DNA of 64,000 nt, taken from the NCBI GenBank assembly GCA_007128315.1, contig SKXQ01000086.1, positions 13,086 to 77,085 of the forward strand, in the 5' to 3' direction. Both the position numbers and the translations under genes were made by a program. Of this stretch, positions 17,472 through 26,884 are shown piece by piece; position 1 is the stretch's first letter, and each line of letters begins with the position of its first letter. The notes beneath the pieces are model-generated. The model was given only the letters and a program-made list of their open reading frames with translations. It was not told the origin of the DNA and searched no databases. Source of the stretch: Spirochaetaceae bacterium. GTDB taxonomy: Bacteria; Spirochaetota; Spirochaetia; DSM-27196; SKKC01.

Positions 17472-18295
17472 ATGCTATAGATCCACTCGCGTGTGGAGTC
17501 GGTCTGAAAGCCCGCACAAAAGATGAAGCCCTGTGGAAACTGGCGGAACTCGCGCGCCGATCGAAGGCGCTCGAAGAAGTGGACGCACAGACCATCTACT
17601 CGGCTTTGAGTGAACGGGAACGACAGGGCTCAACCGGCTTCGGAAAGGAAGTCGCGCTTCCTCATGCACGCATACCCGGAATGGACGAGTTTCTTGTCCT
17701 GATTGCGATCTTTCCGGGAGGAGTACCTTTTGACACCGTAGACAAAAAGAAGGCCAAGGTTTTTTTCGTCATTCTCGGTCCCGCAGAAGACGTACAGTCA
17801 CATCTCCGGCTCCTTGCGGCGATCTCCCGAATCATTGCGCATACCAATGCGAAACAGGAACTGTTGAAGAGTCGCTCGATAGAAGCTGCCGTAGAGACGC
17901 TTCATCGCCACATCAACCAGGGCGATCAGGGTACAGCGAGCGGGAAAACCGGTGCAGATGCAATGAAGATGCTTCTGGTAACGGTCTATGTCGAGCAATA
18001 CATGTACGACATCCTCGAACTGCTCCTTGAGTTTGGAATCGATGGTGCGACCATTATGGAATCTACCGGTATGAGCCGGTATATCTCGAACGTCCCGCTG
18101 TTCGCGGAGTTCATCGGCTTCATGAACGAGAGCAAGAATTCGAGCAAAACCATCCTTGCGCTGGCCCCCGAGCGCCATATCCGGGCGATCGTTGAGCGTA
18201 TTGAGGAGGTCACAGGTGACCTTGACAAACAGGAAGGTGCGATGGTGCTCGCACTCGATGTGAGTTTCTACAAGGGAACCATGAAAATGATGTAG
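17459..18295 (+). CDS. Two-domain regulator: PTS EIIA(Ntr)-type domain + PII-like domain (paralogue of 15310..16104)
   Basis: EIIA-2 motif GSTGFGKEVALPHARIPG...KVFFVILGP. C-terminal PII-like pattern: KMLLVTVYVEQYMYDILELLLEFGIDGATIMESTGMSRYISNVPLFAEF...KTILALAPERHIRAIVERIEEVTG...AMVLALDVSFYKG. It overlaps the antiporter stop by 13 nt. Confidence 0.7.
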   Translation: MELIDAIDPLACGVGLKARTKDEALWKLAELARRSKALEEVDAQTIYSALSERERQGSTGFGKEVALPHARIPGMDEFLVLIAIFPGGVPFDTVDKKKAKVFFVILGPAEDVQSHLRLLAAISRIIAHTNAKQELLKSRSIEAAVETLHRHINQGDQGTASGKTGADAMKMLLVTVYVEQYMYDILELLLEFGIDGATIMESTGMSRYISNVPLFAEFIGFMNESKNSSKTILALAPERHIRAIVERIEEVTGDLDKQEGAMVLALDVSFYKGTMKMM

Positions 18296-18302
18296 AACCA
18301 TG

Positions 18303-20669
18303 TCAGTTCCCGGCGGTGATCTTCTCCAGAGTTTCGCGACAGGCTCTGTGCACTGCAGAGTGATCCGGATGCGATAACATTTGCTCCAGCAACCCTGTAA
18401 CCTCCTGGATTTCGAGCTCACCAGCAGCACGTACGAGTGCTGTCTTGAGCCTCCACTCGCATCGATCGCATATTTTTCCCGAAACGCCTTCCCGGAGCCA
18501 GACATACCGGTCATAGATGTTCTCATGGCTTAGCGATTGTTCGTCATCGAGCAGCTGTCGGGTCTCACCGGCCATCGACCTGATGCCTGCGTATGCGATG
18601 CAATCTACCGCCGCGAGTCGATCTTCCCAACTGTCCGACTGCAGTGCATCTCGAAGCATTCCGGGAAGCGCATCGGAATCGAGAACGGCTGACGAGTACA
18701 GTCTGTCATGAGCCGATTCGCCCGCCTCTCCCGGTCGCGGCGTACGCAGATCCGGACACAACAGGTTTTCCCGCAACTCGACTTGCCCTGTAGTCGATCC
18801 GACTACATCAATGTCCTCAGCACCCTGCAGACGGTCGCCCGCTTGTGGAATACGTCCGAGATTGAGCGTATGTGTGCCAGCGTTATCGTCGATCCTGAGA
18901 TACGCATCGGTGCGTTCTATCTTCGGATCACAGCCTGCACCGGCGGGTATCCCGCACAATACATGAACAAGCCTGCACCGAACGCCACGACCCTTCACAG
19001 CAATGCGGGTAGACGAAGCTTCAAAGACACGCGGATACCCTTCGATGAACTCGTGTTCAAGAACACATTGTGGGTCAGGGATGAGACAGGCACACACATC
19101 GTTGATTTCGGACATATACGCCTTTGCTCCGTCTTCAAGCGTTACAGGCAAGGCTTTCGCTCTGAGAAAAAAACGAGCTTCATAGTCGTGGGTAGAGTCG
19201 AACTGTAAATCGTCAACGATCACAACGGAACAGGACGATAGCAGTATGCTCGTCCGTTCAATCCTCTTCACACCCGCAATATCGCGGTAAAATTCCGTCA
19301 CATCCGCTCGCACAGACGGATAGGTGCCGTCTATTGTGCCGGCGGTCCCGTTGCCTTCGGCAGGCAGCTCCGGCCGGTAGAACTCATCATCATCGATGAT
19401 GATTACGTTGTGCCCGGCGAGTGTTCCGTAACCGAAGTTGTACGCAAGACCATCCAGATTGCTGAACGCGGTATTTTCGTCGGCAAACCGTGTGCATACA
19501 TCGGTCGGCATGCCATCCATCAGAAAGGGGACACCGGAAAACTCAAATACCAGGGAGTTCGGATTTACCTGCTGTCTAACCGGATTTACTCCTTCGCATC
19601 GATCCCACATCTGAAATATGTACAGCCCGGTCTCGCTGCCTCCCCACAGACCGGCACCGACTTCTGGATGAATCCAGTGACCGAAGCGATGGGACTCCTC
19701 AGTAACCGCCGGCCAGAATACGGCCGTAAGTATCTGATCGTCTCCGCCCCACATGATCTCGTGGTCGTAGGCGAAGACATTAGAACTCCGTATCAGACCG
19801 AGCAGCTCGGGTCTTTTATAGTGCGCGTACCATGCCAGAGCGGCTGAACCGAGCGCTGGCACATAGTCGTAATGGTCCCACGGTAAGAGGTACCCCGAGG
19901 GGGTGAAACAGCGATAGTTCATTTCAAGCAGATCATCAACACACGATCCATTCGGCGAGAATCGAATCCCGGCGAGACCGGTGTCTGTCATATACTGCAG
20001 GCTTGCATCCAGAAGCGCGAGAGTCGGCGCGGCCACGACAGCCATGTACGTGCTCCCCTCGCCGGTATACCCGGTCCGGGGCATGCTTCCGAGCAGAGGT
20101 CCAAGACGCTCGAACCCATATCGCAGAACTACCTGGGAGGATGCCCGGGAATCAATAAGCTGGCCCAGAATGTAGCCCATGATTATACACGAGACGACCA
20201 GCGCTGCGGTCTGGTTGTTTCCATCAAACGTGGATTTCAGCCTGGTCGACTGGTACACATTCAAGTAGAGATAATCTGAAAAACTCTGTTCGATATAGCG
20301 CTTGTCAGCCTCGGCGAACGCTCCACTGTCTCGCACCCACGTGTAATATACAAGAACACGCGCTACCGGGAGAGCCCCGACCCAGTGGTCGATCTGTCCC
20401 TCCCTGTACAGTTCGCGCACGCGCAGCTGCGCCGTAAAGTGCAATATCGACTGCCGTGCAGATAAAGCGTAGCGCTCCTGACCCGTCAGCACCCATGCGA
20501 GAGCGGCGTGCCAGTTAAACGGAGGCGTCAACGGTGATGTTATTGGCCCCTCCCGTCCCTCTGCCTCTGCTGCTTCGAGTAAAGTACGATAGTAATCAGA
20601 CGGAAAACAGGTATGAATCTTCTTCCGGAACGTTTCTTTGTCTCGTATCAGGAACAATCCTGTCTCCAT
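18303..20669 (-). CDS. Cytoplasmic heparinase II/III-like (alpha/alpha toroid + beta-sandwich) protein with C-terminal HEAT-like repeats
   Basis: Start set at ATG 20669 (METGLF...), with GGGAGG 7 nt upstream. No signal peptide. The central NPNSLVFEFSGVPFLMDGMP resembles the Hepar_II_III core. The C-terminus (SDSWEDRLAAVDCIAYAG...; ALVRAAGELEIQEVTGLLEQMLSHPDHSAVHRACRETL) looks like HEAT/PBS-lyase repeats. The family call is tentative. Confidence 0.5.
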   Translation of the reverse strand: METGLFLIRDKETFRKKIHTCFPSDYYRTLLEAAEAEGREGPITSPLTPPFNWHAALAWVLTGQERYALSARQSILHFTAQLRVRELYREGQIDHWVGALPVARVLVYYTWVRDSGAFAEADKRYIEQSFSDYLYLNVYQSTRLKSTFDGNNQTAALVVSCIIMGYILGQLIDSRASSQVVLRYGFERLGPLLGSMPRTGYTGEGSTYMAVVAAPTLALLDASLQYMTDTGLAGIRFSPNGSCVDDLLEMNYRCFTPSGYLLPWDHYDYVPALGSAALAWYAHYKRPELLGLIRSSNVFAYDHEIMWGGDDQILTAVFWPAVTEESHRFGHWIHPEVGAGLWGGSETGLYIFQMWDRCEGVNPVRQQVNPNSLVFEFSGVPFLMDGMPTDVCTRFADENTAFSNLDGLAYNFGYGTLAGHNVIIIDDDEFYRPELPAEGNGTAGTIDGTYPSVRADVTEFYRDIAGVKRIERTSILLSSCSVVIVDDLQFDSTHDYEARFFLRAKALPVTLEDGAKAYMSEINDVCACLIPDPQCVLEHEFIEGYPRVFEASSTRIAVKGRGVRCRLVHVLCGIPAGAGCDPKIERTDAYLRIDDNAGTHTLNLGRIPQAGDRLQGAEDIDVVGSTTGQVELRENLLCPDLRTPRPGEAGESAHDRLYSSAVLDSDALPGMLRDALQSDSWEDRLAAVDCIAYAGIRSMAGETRQLLDDEQSLSHENIYDRYVWLREGVSGKICDRCEWRLKTALVRAAGELEIQEVTGLLEQMLSHPDHSAVHRACRETLEKITAGN

Positions 20670-20750
20670 TCTGCATCCTCCCGATCCGGCATAAAAAAGG
20701 CGGGCGCCTTCCGGCACCCGCCTGGACGGCAGCAGTTCACTGACGAACGA

Positions 20751-22292
20751 CTATCTGCCCCACGCTTCACGATTCTCGTTGTACCAGCCCTGTACAATAC
20801 GCTGCACCGATTCACCACCAAGCCTGCTCCACTCGGAAACAGCCTGCTGGTAGGCCTCGCGTGGACTGACTGTACCAAGCTGAACCTCGACCATGATGTC
20901 GTTGAATACCGGAGCAAACTCATCGTTAAAGTTCAGAATCTCCTGCATGGTCGGGCGAAACGGTGTGTCGCGACGGAACGTTACAGCGAGCTGTGTTTCA
21001 ATTGCCTCGCCGCGCATTCTCGCGATTTCCTGTGACATCGGGTCATCTGCGGCAAGAACGGGAAGCCATTCGGTCTGAAGCTGCCACTGCTGCAGAAGAA
21101 TATAGTCCCAGGCGTAGCGAAGCTGCTCGTTGTGCTGGTCACCGGTAAGCAGCGTACGGGGTACACCGTCTACCATCTCATGGTGTTGCCCTTCGAAACC
21201 GAAGCGAAGCGTGAACCATCCTTCGTCGACCAACCAGTCAAGATACTCGATTGCCGCCCGGGGATTCGCAATATTGCGATTAAGTGCGACAAACCGCTCA
21301 GCCGGTGGTTCCTGAAGTAATCCGAACCGACCATGTCGCGTCTCGAAAGGACCGAGTGGCTGAAGTTGAGCACCAGGAACGTTCGCCAGCAGTTCCTGAT
21401 AGTGGGGCGGGTTCACCCCGGAGAAATGTATGCCAGCTCGCCCGGTAACCCACAACTGACGCTGGCGTTGCCGCTCGCTGTCGGTCACGAGCTCAGGATC
21501 GACCCATCCGCGCTCATTCGCCAACTGGTGAAAGGTAAAGAAATCAACAAGACGTTCCTGGGTACGCGCTTCAGAAATAACCCCGGTATCGTCTACGTAC
21601 CATTCACGACTGTATACAGCGTATAGCGCTTCGATGATTGGCATATAGGCATGGTCTGCGGCAAATGCGAACGTATCGTTTTGCCCTGTACCATTCGGGT
21701 CCTGATTGACAAATGCATCGGCAACAGCAAAGAACTCTTCCTCGGTCGTCGGAACGTCAAGACCGACATTATCGAGCCAGTCTTTTCTTATCCACATGAG
21801 ATGTCCACTGATTGAGTCCTGCGATCGCATGGTTGTGACCGCATACATCTCATTATTTTCGCCGAATCGGAGGTAGGGATCGAGATGAGGGTTGTCCGCG
21901 AGGTACTGTCTCAGACTCGTACTGTACTGTTCAATCCAGTCATCCAGCGGGGCAAGGACTCCCTGGGCCTGAAAGTTTGCAACGGTATCGCGCGAGAAGT
22001 CATTGATGATATCGGGCGCCGTACCTGCGGCAAACTGGGTGTTCAGCACTTCCCTGACTTCCCATCTCGGAACCGGGACCATCCGGATATCCAGACCACT
22101 GTCCTCCCGGATCCAGTCGAGCCAGTCGTTGTCGTCCATTGTTCCGCGCTCGGCGGGAGCCCATCCACGCTCGTAGACCATGACCGACACCGTATCCTCG
22201 GATACTGCTTCCCGACGCCCGCCGGCAAATACAATACCGGTCACCGCGAGAAGCAGGACCGCCGTAAAAACTAGTGACGTGATTTTTTTCAC
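20751..22292 (-). CDS. Extracellular solute-binding protein of a carbohydrate ABC transporter (large LplA/YtcQ-type)
   Basis: Start moved to GTG 22292 (VKKITSLVFTAVLLLAVTGIVFAGG, a signal peptide), with GGGAGG 6 nt upstream. The length and W/D/Y-rich composition are typical of family-1 sugar SBPs. It lies adjacent to two permeases. Confidence 0.8.
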   Translation of the reverse strand: MKKITSLVFTAVLLLAVTGIVFAGGRREAVSEDTVSVMVYERGWAPAERGTMDDNDWLDWIREDSGLDIRMVPVPRWEVREVLNTQFAAGTAPDIINDFSRDTVANFQAQGVLAPLDDWIEQYSTSLRQYLADNPHLDPYLRFGENNEMYAVTTMRSQDSISGHLMWIRKDWLDNVGLDVPTTEEEFFAVADAFVNQDPNGTGQNDTFAFAADHAYMPIIEALYAVYSREWYVDDTGVISEARTQERLVDFFTFHQLANERGWVDPELVTDSERQRQRQLWVTGRAGIHFSGVNPPHYQELLANVPGAQLQPLGPFETRHGRFGLLQEPPAERFVALNRNIANPRAAIEYLDWLVDEGWFTLRFGFEGQHHEMVDGVPRTLLTGDQHNEQLRYAWDYILLQQWQLQTEWLPVLAADDPMSQEIARMRGEAIETQLAVTFRRDTPFRPTMQEILNFNDEFAPVFNDIMVEVQLGTVSPREAYQQAVSEWSRLGGESVQRIVQGWYNENREAWGR

Positions 22293-22390
22293 GCTGCACC
22301 TCCCTGAAAGTTTGTGACTGTCGAAACACCGAACGTACGCTGCCGTTCGGGGCATTCGCAGATTTATACCTTGTCTCATTCGTGGAGCCT

Positions 22391-23287
22391 TCACCCCTTC
22401 ACTGACCCGATTAGAGCCCCCTTCACAAAATAGCGTTGTAAAAAAGGATAAATTGTCATGATCGGAATGGTTGCAATTACGATTGCGCCTGCGCGTATCG
22501 CCTCAGGCGTCAAAGCCTGCTGAAGGAATGCAAGGCCTTCGGTACCATCAGCCTGACCAATCAGCATCTGCTCCTGGACGGTATTGATCATCCGACGGAG
22601 AACGACCATAAGAGTCTGGCGACTCGGCGAGGGAATATATATGAGCACGTTCATGTAACTGTTCCAGTGACCGACCGCGTAGAAGAGAATGAGTGTCGCG
22701 ATAACGGGGAGCGAAAGGGGAAGGACGATGCGCAATAGAATTACGATATCGTTTGCCCCGTCGATCATAGCCGAGTCTTCAAGGCTTTGAGGTAAGCTCT
22801 GAAAATAGGTTTTCATGACAAAGAGGTTAAACGTACTGACAAGCCCCAGAAACCATACGGACCAATACGAGTCGATCAGCCCCAGCGTCCTTACGACAAT
22901 GTAGGTCGGAATGATTCCGCCGTTGAACAGCATGGTAAAGAGCACAAACCAGATGAACACGTTGCGTCCCCGGAGCCGGTTCTTGGAAAGCGGGTACGCG
23001 GCCATGATTGTCGCGATCATGTTCAGAGTCACACCGACGCCGGTCACCAGAACGGTGTTCCAGAACGCACGAAAAATCTGTCCGTCCCTTATAAGCGAAC
23101 GATACGCATCAGTGTTGAAGTCTACCGGCCAGAGAAAAACCTCGCCCGAAACGATGGCGCGACTGCTGCTGAACGAAGTCGCTACTATCTGCAGCATGGG
23201 ATACACGCAGATGAACGCGAGAGTCATCAGTAAAATGTTGTTAAGAACGTAGAATATTTTTTCGCCGGTTGTCGCTGTTGTTACCAT
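22391..23287 (-). CDS. Carbohydrate ABC transporter permease (LplC-type)
   Basis: Six hydrophobic helices and an EAA loop (SLEDSAMIDGANDIVILLRIVLPLSLP). Confidence 0.9.
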   Translation of the reverse strand: MVTTATTGEKIFYVLNNILLMTLAFICVYPMLQIVATSFSSSRAIVSGEVFLWPVDFNTDAYRSLIRDGQIFRAFWNTVLVTGVGVTLNMIATIMAAYPLSKNRLRGRNVFIWFVLFTMLFNGGIIPTYIVVRTLGLIDSYWSVWFLGLVSTFNLFVMKTYFQSLPQSLEDSAMIDGANDIVILLRIVLPLSLPVIATLILFYAVGHWNSYMNVLIYIPSPSRQTLMVVLRRMINTVQEQMLIGQADGTEGLAFLQQALTPEAIRAGAIVIATIPIMTIYPFLQRYFVKGALIGSVKG

Positions 23288-23296
23288 GGTATGCTC

Positions 23297-24268
23297 CTAA
23301 AACAATCCCGATCCACCGGTCTTCTTGATTACTTTGTTTACACTCCATATGAGAACGAGTCCTACGAACGACTGGAAGAAACCTACGCCGGTTGTATAGC
23401 TGAATTGCGCTCCCTGCAGCCCTGCACGATACACGAAGGTCGGAATGACATCTGCAACCCGCATAACGCGCTGATTCTGAAGCATGAAGATGTGTTCAAA
23501 ACTGATCTCGAGAAATCCCCCGACATTCAATATCAGGAGAATACCGATCGTGCTTGATATTCCGGGAACTGTTATGTGCCAGATCTGTCTCCACTTGTTG
23601 GCGCCGTCTATAATCGCAGCTTCGTAGAGCTGAGGGTCAATGCTTGTAATCGCAGCAAGATAAAGTATTGTCCCCCAACCGGCCGTCTTCCAGATGCCGG
23701 AGACAATGAACACGACGACCCACCAGAAGCGGTCCGCCATGAAAAAGATCGGATCGACTCGAAAGACCCGAACCAGAATAATGTTGATAATACCGGTGCT
23801 CGGCGAAAGAATTGCAATCAGAATGCCACCGAGAACAACCCAGGAAATAAAGTGAGGTACATAGAGAAGGCTCTGCACGGTCCGCTTCAGGTACTTCCTG
23901 CGCATCTCGTTCAGGAGAATCGCAAGGATTATGGGAACCGGGAACTGAAATACAAGCTGATACACGTTCAGAATGAAGGTGTTCCAGACGATGCGAAAAA
24001 ACTGCTCACTCCGGAACATTCTTTCGAAGTGCTGGAGACCGACCCACTGACTTCCGATGATTCCATCTATGAAACGAAAGTCCTTGAACGCAATGACCAG
24101 ACCGTACATGGGCACATATCGGAAGATCACGTAAAAGACGAGTATCGGCAGCAGTAACATGTAAAGGTATCGATCGCGATAGATGTCACGCCGCAGATTT
24201 CCATGCTGTTTCGAGTTGCTGTCGATACCGATGGTCGAAGAAATATCAGAAGGCTTTGAGACGTCCAA
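23297..24268 (-). CDS. Carbohydrate ABC transporter permease (LplB-type)
   Basis: EAA loop LYEAAIIDGANKWRQIWHITVPGI. Polytopic. TTG start. Confidence 0.9.
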   Translation of the reverse strand: MDVSKPSDISSTIGIDSNSKQHGNLRRDIYRDRYLYMLLLPILVFYVIFRYVPMYGLVIAFKDFRFIDGIIGSQWVGLQHFERMFRSEQFFRIVWNTFILNVYQLVFQFPVPIILAILLNEMRRKYLKRTVQSLLYVPHFISWVVLGGILIAILSPSTGIINIILVRVFRVDPIFFMADRFWWVVVFIVSGIWKTAGWGTILYLAAITSIDPQLYEAAIIDGANKWRQIWHITVPGISSTIGILLILNVGGFLEISFEHIFMLQNQRVMRVADVIPTFVYRAGLQGAQFSYTTGVGFFQSFVGLVLIWSVNKVIKKTGGSGLF

Positions 24269-24430
24269 TCATCGCTCCTTTAACGAACCCTAAGAGCTTA
24301 TGGCACGACTTCTGTGAACCCGCTATGACGAATTCTTTCGATTGTTCGCATTCTTTTATCTGCGCAGTCATTATCGTTGCGGAAGTACACATTTATTGCG
24401 TTTTACACGAATGTCCGCACAGGATTCACT

Positions 24431-24460
24431 TTGACAAGGCCGGAAATTCAGGCATATGGT
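24431..24460 (+). promoter_or_regulatory. Candidate promoter TTGACA-18 nt-TATGGT immediately upstream of the AraC-type sensor gene
   Basis: Perfect -35 TTGACA at 24431-24436 and TATGGT at 24455-24460. ATG 24470 follows about 10 nt later, so the mRNA may be leaderless. Sequence match only. Confidence 0.35.
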
Positions 24461-24469
24461 GCTATCTAC

Positions 24470-26884
24470 ATGCAAAGTCTTGGGTACTACTGGATGCGTG
24501 CGACGTTTGTGCTGGTCGGTGTCCTGCTTGTTGCTGCATCATTAGGTTTAACACACGCGACAAGTACACGAACCCTTCGTGCGCAGCTGACAGACTCGAA
24601 TGCGGCGATACTGCGCGAGGTTGCTACGCATATCTCCAATCGCGTAACGAGACTTGACCAGCGGCTTCTCGAACTCGCCGGGCGACGCGTGGCGCTCGAT
24701 TTCATGCACTCGCGCTTCAGCGACGTCGCCGAGCAGCGTGATTCGTCGAGACTCGTGCAGATAGAGCTCACCCTTATTCGTCGCTCAGACCCTCTTGTTC
24801 ACTCGGCAGGTGTCCACAGCAGGCGAAGCGGTTACCTTCTCAGCGATCGCATAGGTCTTTCATACATAGGCACCGGGGACCCGCGACACATCGATGTTCC
24901 GCTCGCACGGAGCGAGCTGGAAACGATATTACACGCAGGAAGCGATTTCCGCATACTTTCCACCCTTACCGAGCAGGGGCCGGTTCGCGTTGTTCCGCTT
25001 CGACGCCTCTATCCACTCGGTGCAGGCCCCGAAAATGCGCTTGGGAGCATATTCATCGGCCTGGACACCCGTCATCTCGCGGATACTGTTCTTCAGGCTT
25101 CCCGTGAACGTGTGCACGAGATTCTCGTCATGGATTCGAGCCGCGACGACGCATCAATCCTGGCGGCATCGAGTTCCTGGGCCGAAAGAGAGCTTCTCGC
25201 ATACACTGTCCAGTCGGAGTCGTGGAACCCTTCGCCGGATTCCTTTGAGGTTCGACTCGGAGGACGCAGATATGGTGTCGCCCGTGTCCTGATACCAGAA
25301 ACCGGCTGGGTTATGATCGGGGCAGTTTCGCTTAGTGGCGGAACGCCGCTGCTTGTCACCATGCAAATTACGTTTTTACTGATAGGGACGGGCATGCTGT
25401 TAGCGGCACTGCTGTCGCTTCTGACCCTTTCCCGTTTCACGATAGACCCGCTGTTAGGTTTTGTGCGAAAAGTCTCGTCCTGGGTTCCTGACGCGTTGTC
25501 CGCATCTGAAGCACCCATCCGACTTCCTGCCTCGGGAGCTCATCTTTCCCGGCTTGAGTTACGCTTTCGGGAAACAATTGACCAGTCGCAGAAAATGAAA
25601 GATCGTTTTGCATCAGCAACACCGATCATCCATCGATATTGTCTCCGGAACCTGTTCGCGGGAACGGGTCATTCTGAAGAACTTGTTTCCCAGCTCGCCG
25701 AACACGGTCTCGCACTTCATACGGGCGCATTCGCGATTCTGCGACTGGCTCTTACAGAGCGACCGTCGGGTGTCAATGCGCCTTCACAACTCAGCTCCGT
25801 TACACCGCGTAATCCACTCGTTTCCATAAGCGAGTCACGTCTTGCGGAACTCAGTAGCGGATATCTTGGTGAACATGGCCAATGCGCGGTTCTTCTGGAA
25901 AAAAACAACCGTGTCAGCGTCCTCATCAGTTCCGCGGATCGTGCCAGACTCGAGGGTCCTGTCCTCATGACTCTCGCCGAGCAGATCCGTATCGGTCTTG
26001 CGTCGACCCTTGGTGTCAGTGTTTCTGCAGGTCTCGGGTCCATCGTAACTAAAGCACACGAGATCAGTTCCTCGTGGCGCACAGCGACGAAAGCGCTTGA
26101 CTATACCCTGATGTTTCAGACCCGCGCCCTGTACCGCCACGATGATATTGAGCTCGTCGAGTCTTCGGTTCCGATGCGGGAGCTATTAGCGGAGGTCAAT
26201 GCGCTCCAGGATTCTGTCCGCTCTGGTGACGCTGACGATGCTGGTCAACGCGTCGCACGCTTGTTCCGGGATGCTCAATCCGCCCGCCTGCCCGGCGACT
26301 CGGTCAGACAAATCGGTGTTCACGTACTCATGGAAGGACTCCGGGTAGCGCAGGAGTCCGGCTGTCTGATTCCAGAGCAGCATGTCAATGAGGCAACCGC
26401 TGTATGGCATGACTTCGATCATGCCGAAACAATGACTGAGATCGAAAACCTTACAACACAGGTAATCAGGCAGCTGACAATCGACGTCGGCAAGCAGCGA
26501 CAGGAACACCATCGACACGAGCTTGTCGACAGCATAATCGAGTATATTGAAGATCACTATGCCAGTCCCGATCTGTCACTTTCTTCGGTAGCGGTGCGCT
26601 TCGGGATCAGTCCCGCGTACCTGAGCAAACTGTTCAAGGAACACGCGGGTGTAAAATACATCGACTTTCTGGCGACCCTGCGAGTGACCGTCGCAAAAGC
26701 GCTTCTTGAACGGGGCCTTCATAACGTGAACGAAGTGGCCGAGCATATCGGATACACGAACACGCGCAGTTTTATACGCATGTTTCGCGCTGAAACCGGT
26801 CATACACCGGGTGAGTATCGTCGCCTGTATATCATCCGGCGGGAGAATTCTGATTCGGGTTTACCGTCAGACAATCCGGACTGA
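24470..26884 (+). CDS. Membrane-anchored AraC-family transcriptional regulator with an extracytoplasmic sensor domain
   Basis: TM1 ATFVLVGVLLVAASLG, then a ~300-aa loop, then TM2 ITFLLIGTGMLLAALLSLL. C-terminal AraC HTH pair (VAVRFGISPAYLSKLFKEH...VAEHIGYTNTRSFIRMFRAETGHTPGEYR). Start placed at ATG 24470 rather than TTG 24377. Confidence 0.8.
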   Translation: MQSLGYYWMRATFVLVGVLLVAASLGLTHATSTRTLRAQLTDSNAAILREVATHISNRVTRLDQRLLELAGRRVALDFMHSRFSDVAEQRDSSRLVQIELTLIRRSDPLVHSAGVHSRRSGYLLSDRIGLSYIGTGDPRHIDVPLARSELETILHAGSDFRILSTLTEQGPVRVVPLRRLYPLGAGPENALGSIFIGLDTRHLADTVLQASRERVHEILVMDSSRDDASILAASSSWAERELLAYTVQSESWNPSPDSFEVRLGGRRYGVARVLIPETGWVMIGAVSLSGGTPLLVTMQITFLLIGTGMLLAALLSLLTLSRFTIDPLLGFVRKVSSWVPDALSASEAPIRLPASGAHLSRLELRFRETIDQSQKMKDRFASATPIIHRYCLRNLFAGTGHSEELVSQLAEHGLALHTGAFAILRLALTERPSGVNAPSQLSSVTPRNPLVSISESRLAELSSGYLGEHGQCAVLLEKNNRVSVLISSADRARLEGPVLMTLAEQIRIGLASTLGVSVSAGLGSIVTKAHEISSSWRTATKALDYTLMFQTRALYRHDDIELVESSVPMRELLAEVNALQDSVRSGDADDAGQRVARLFRDAQSARLPGDSVRQIGVHVLMEGLRVAQESGCLIPEQHVNEATAVWHDFDHAETMTEIENLTTQVIRQLTIDVGKQRQEHHRHELVDSIIEYIEDHYASPDLSLSSVAVRFGISPAYLSKLFKEHAGVKYIDFLATLRVTVAKALLERGLHNVNEVAEHIGYTNTRSFIRMFRAETGHTPGEYRRLYIIRRENSDSGLPSDNPD

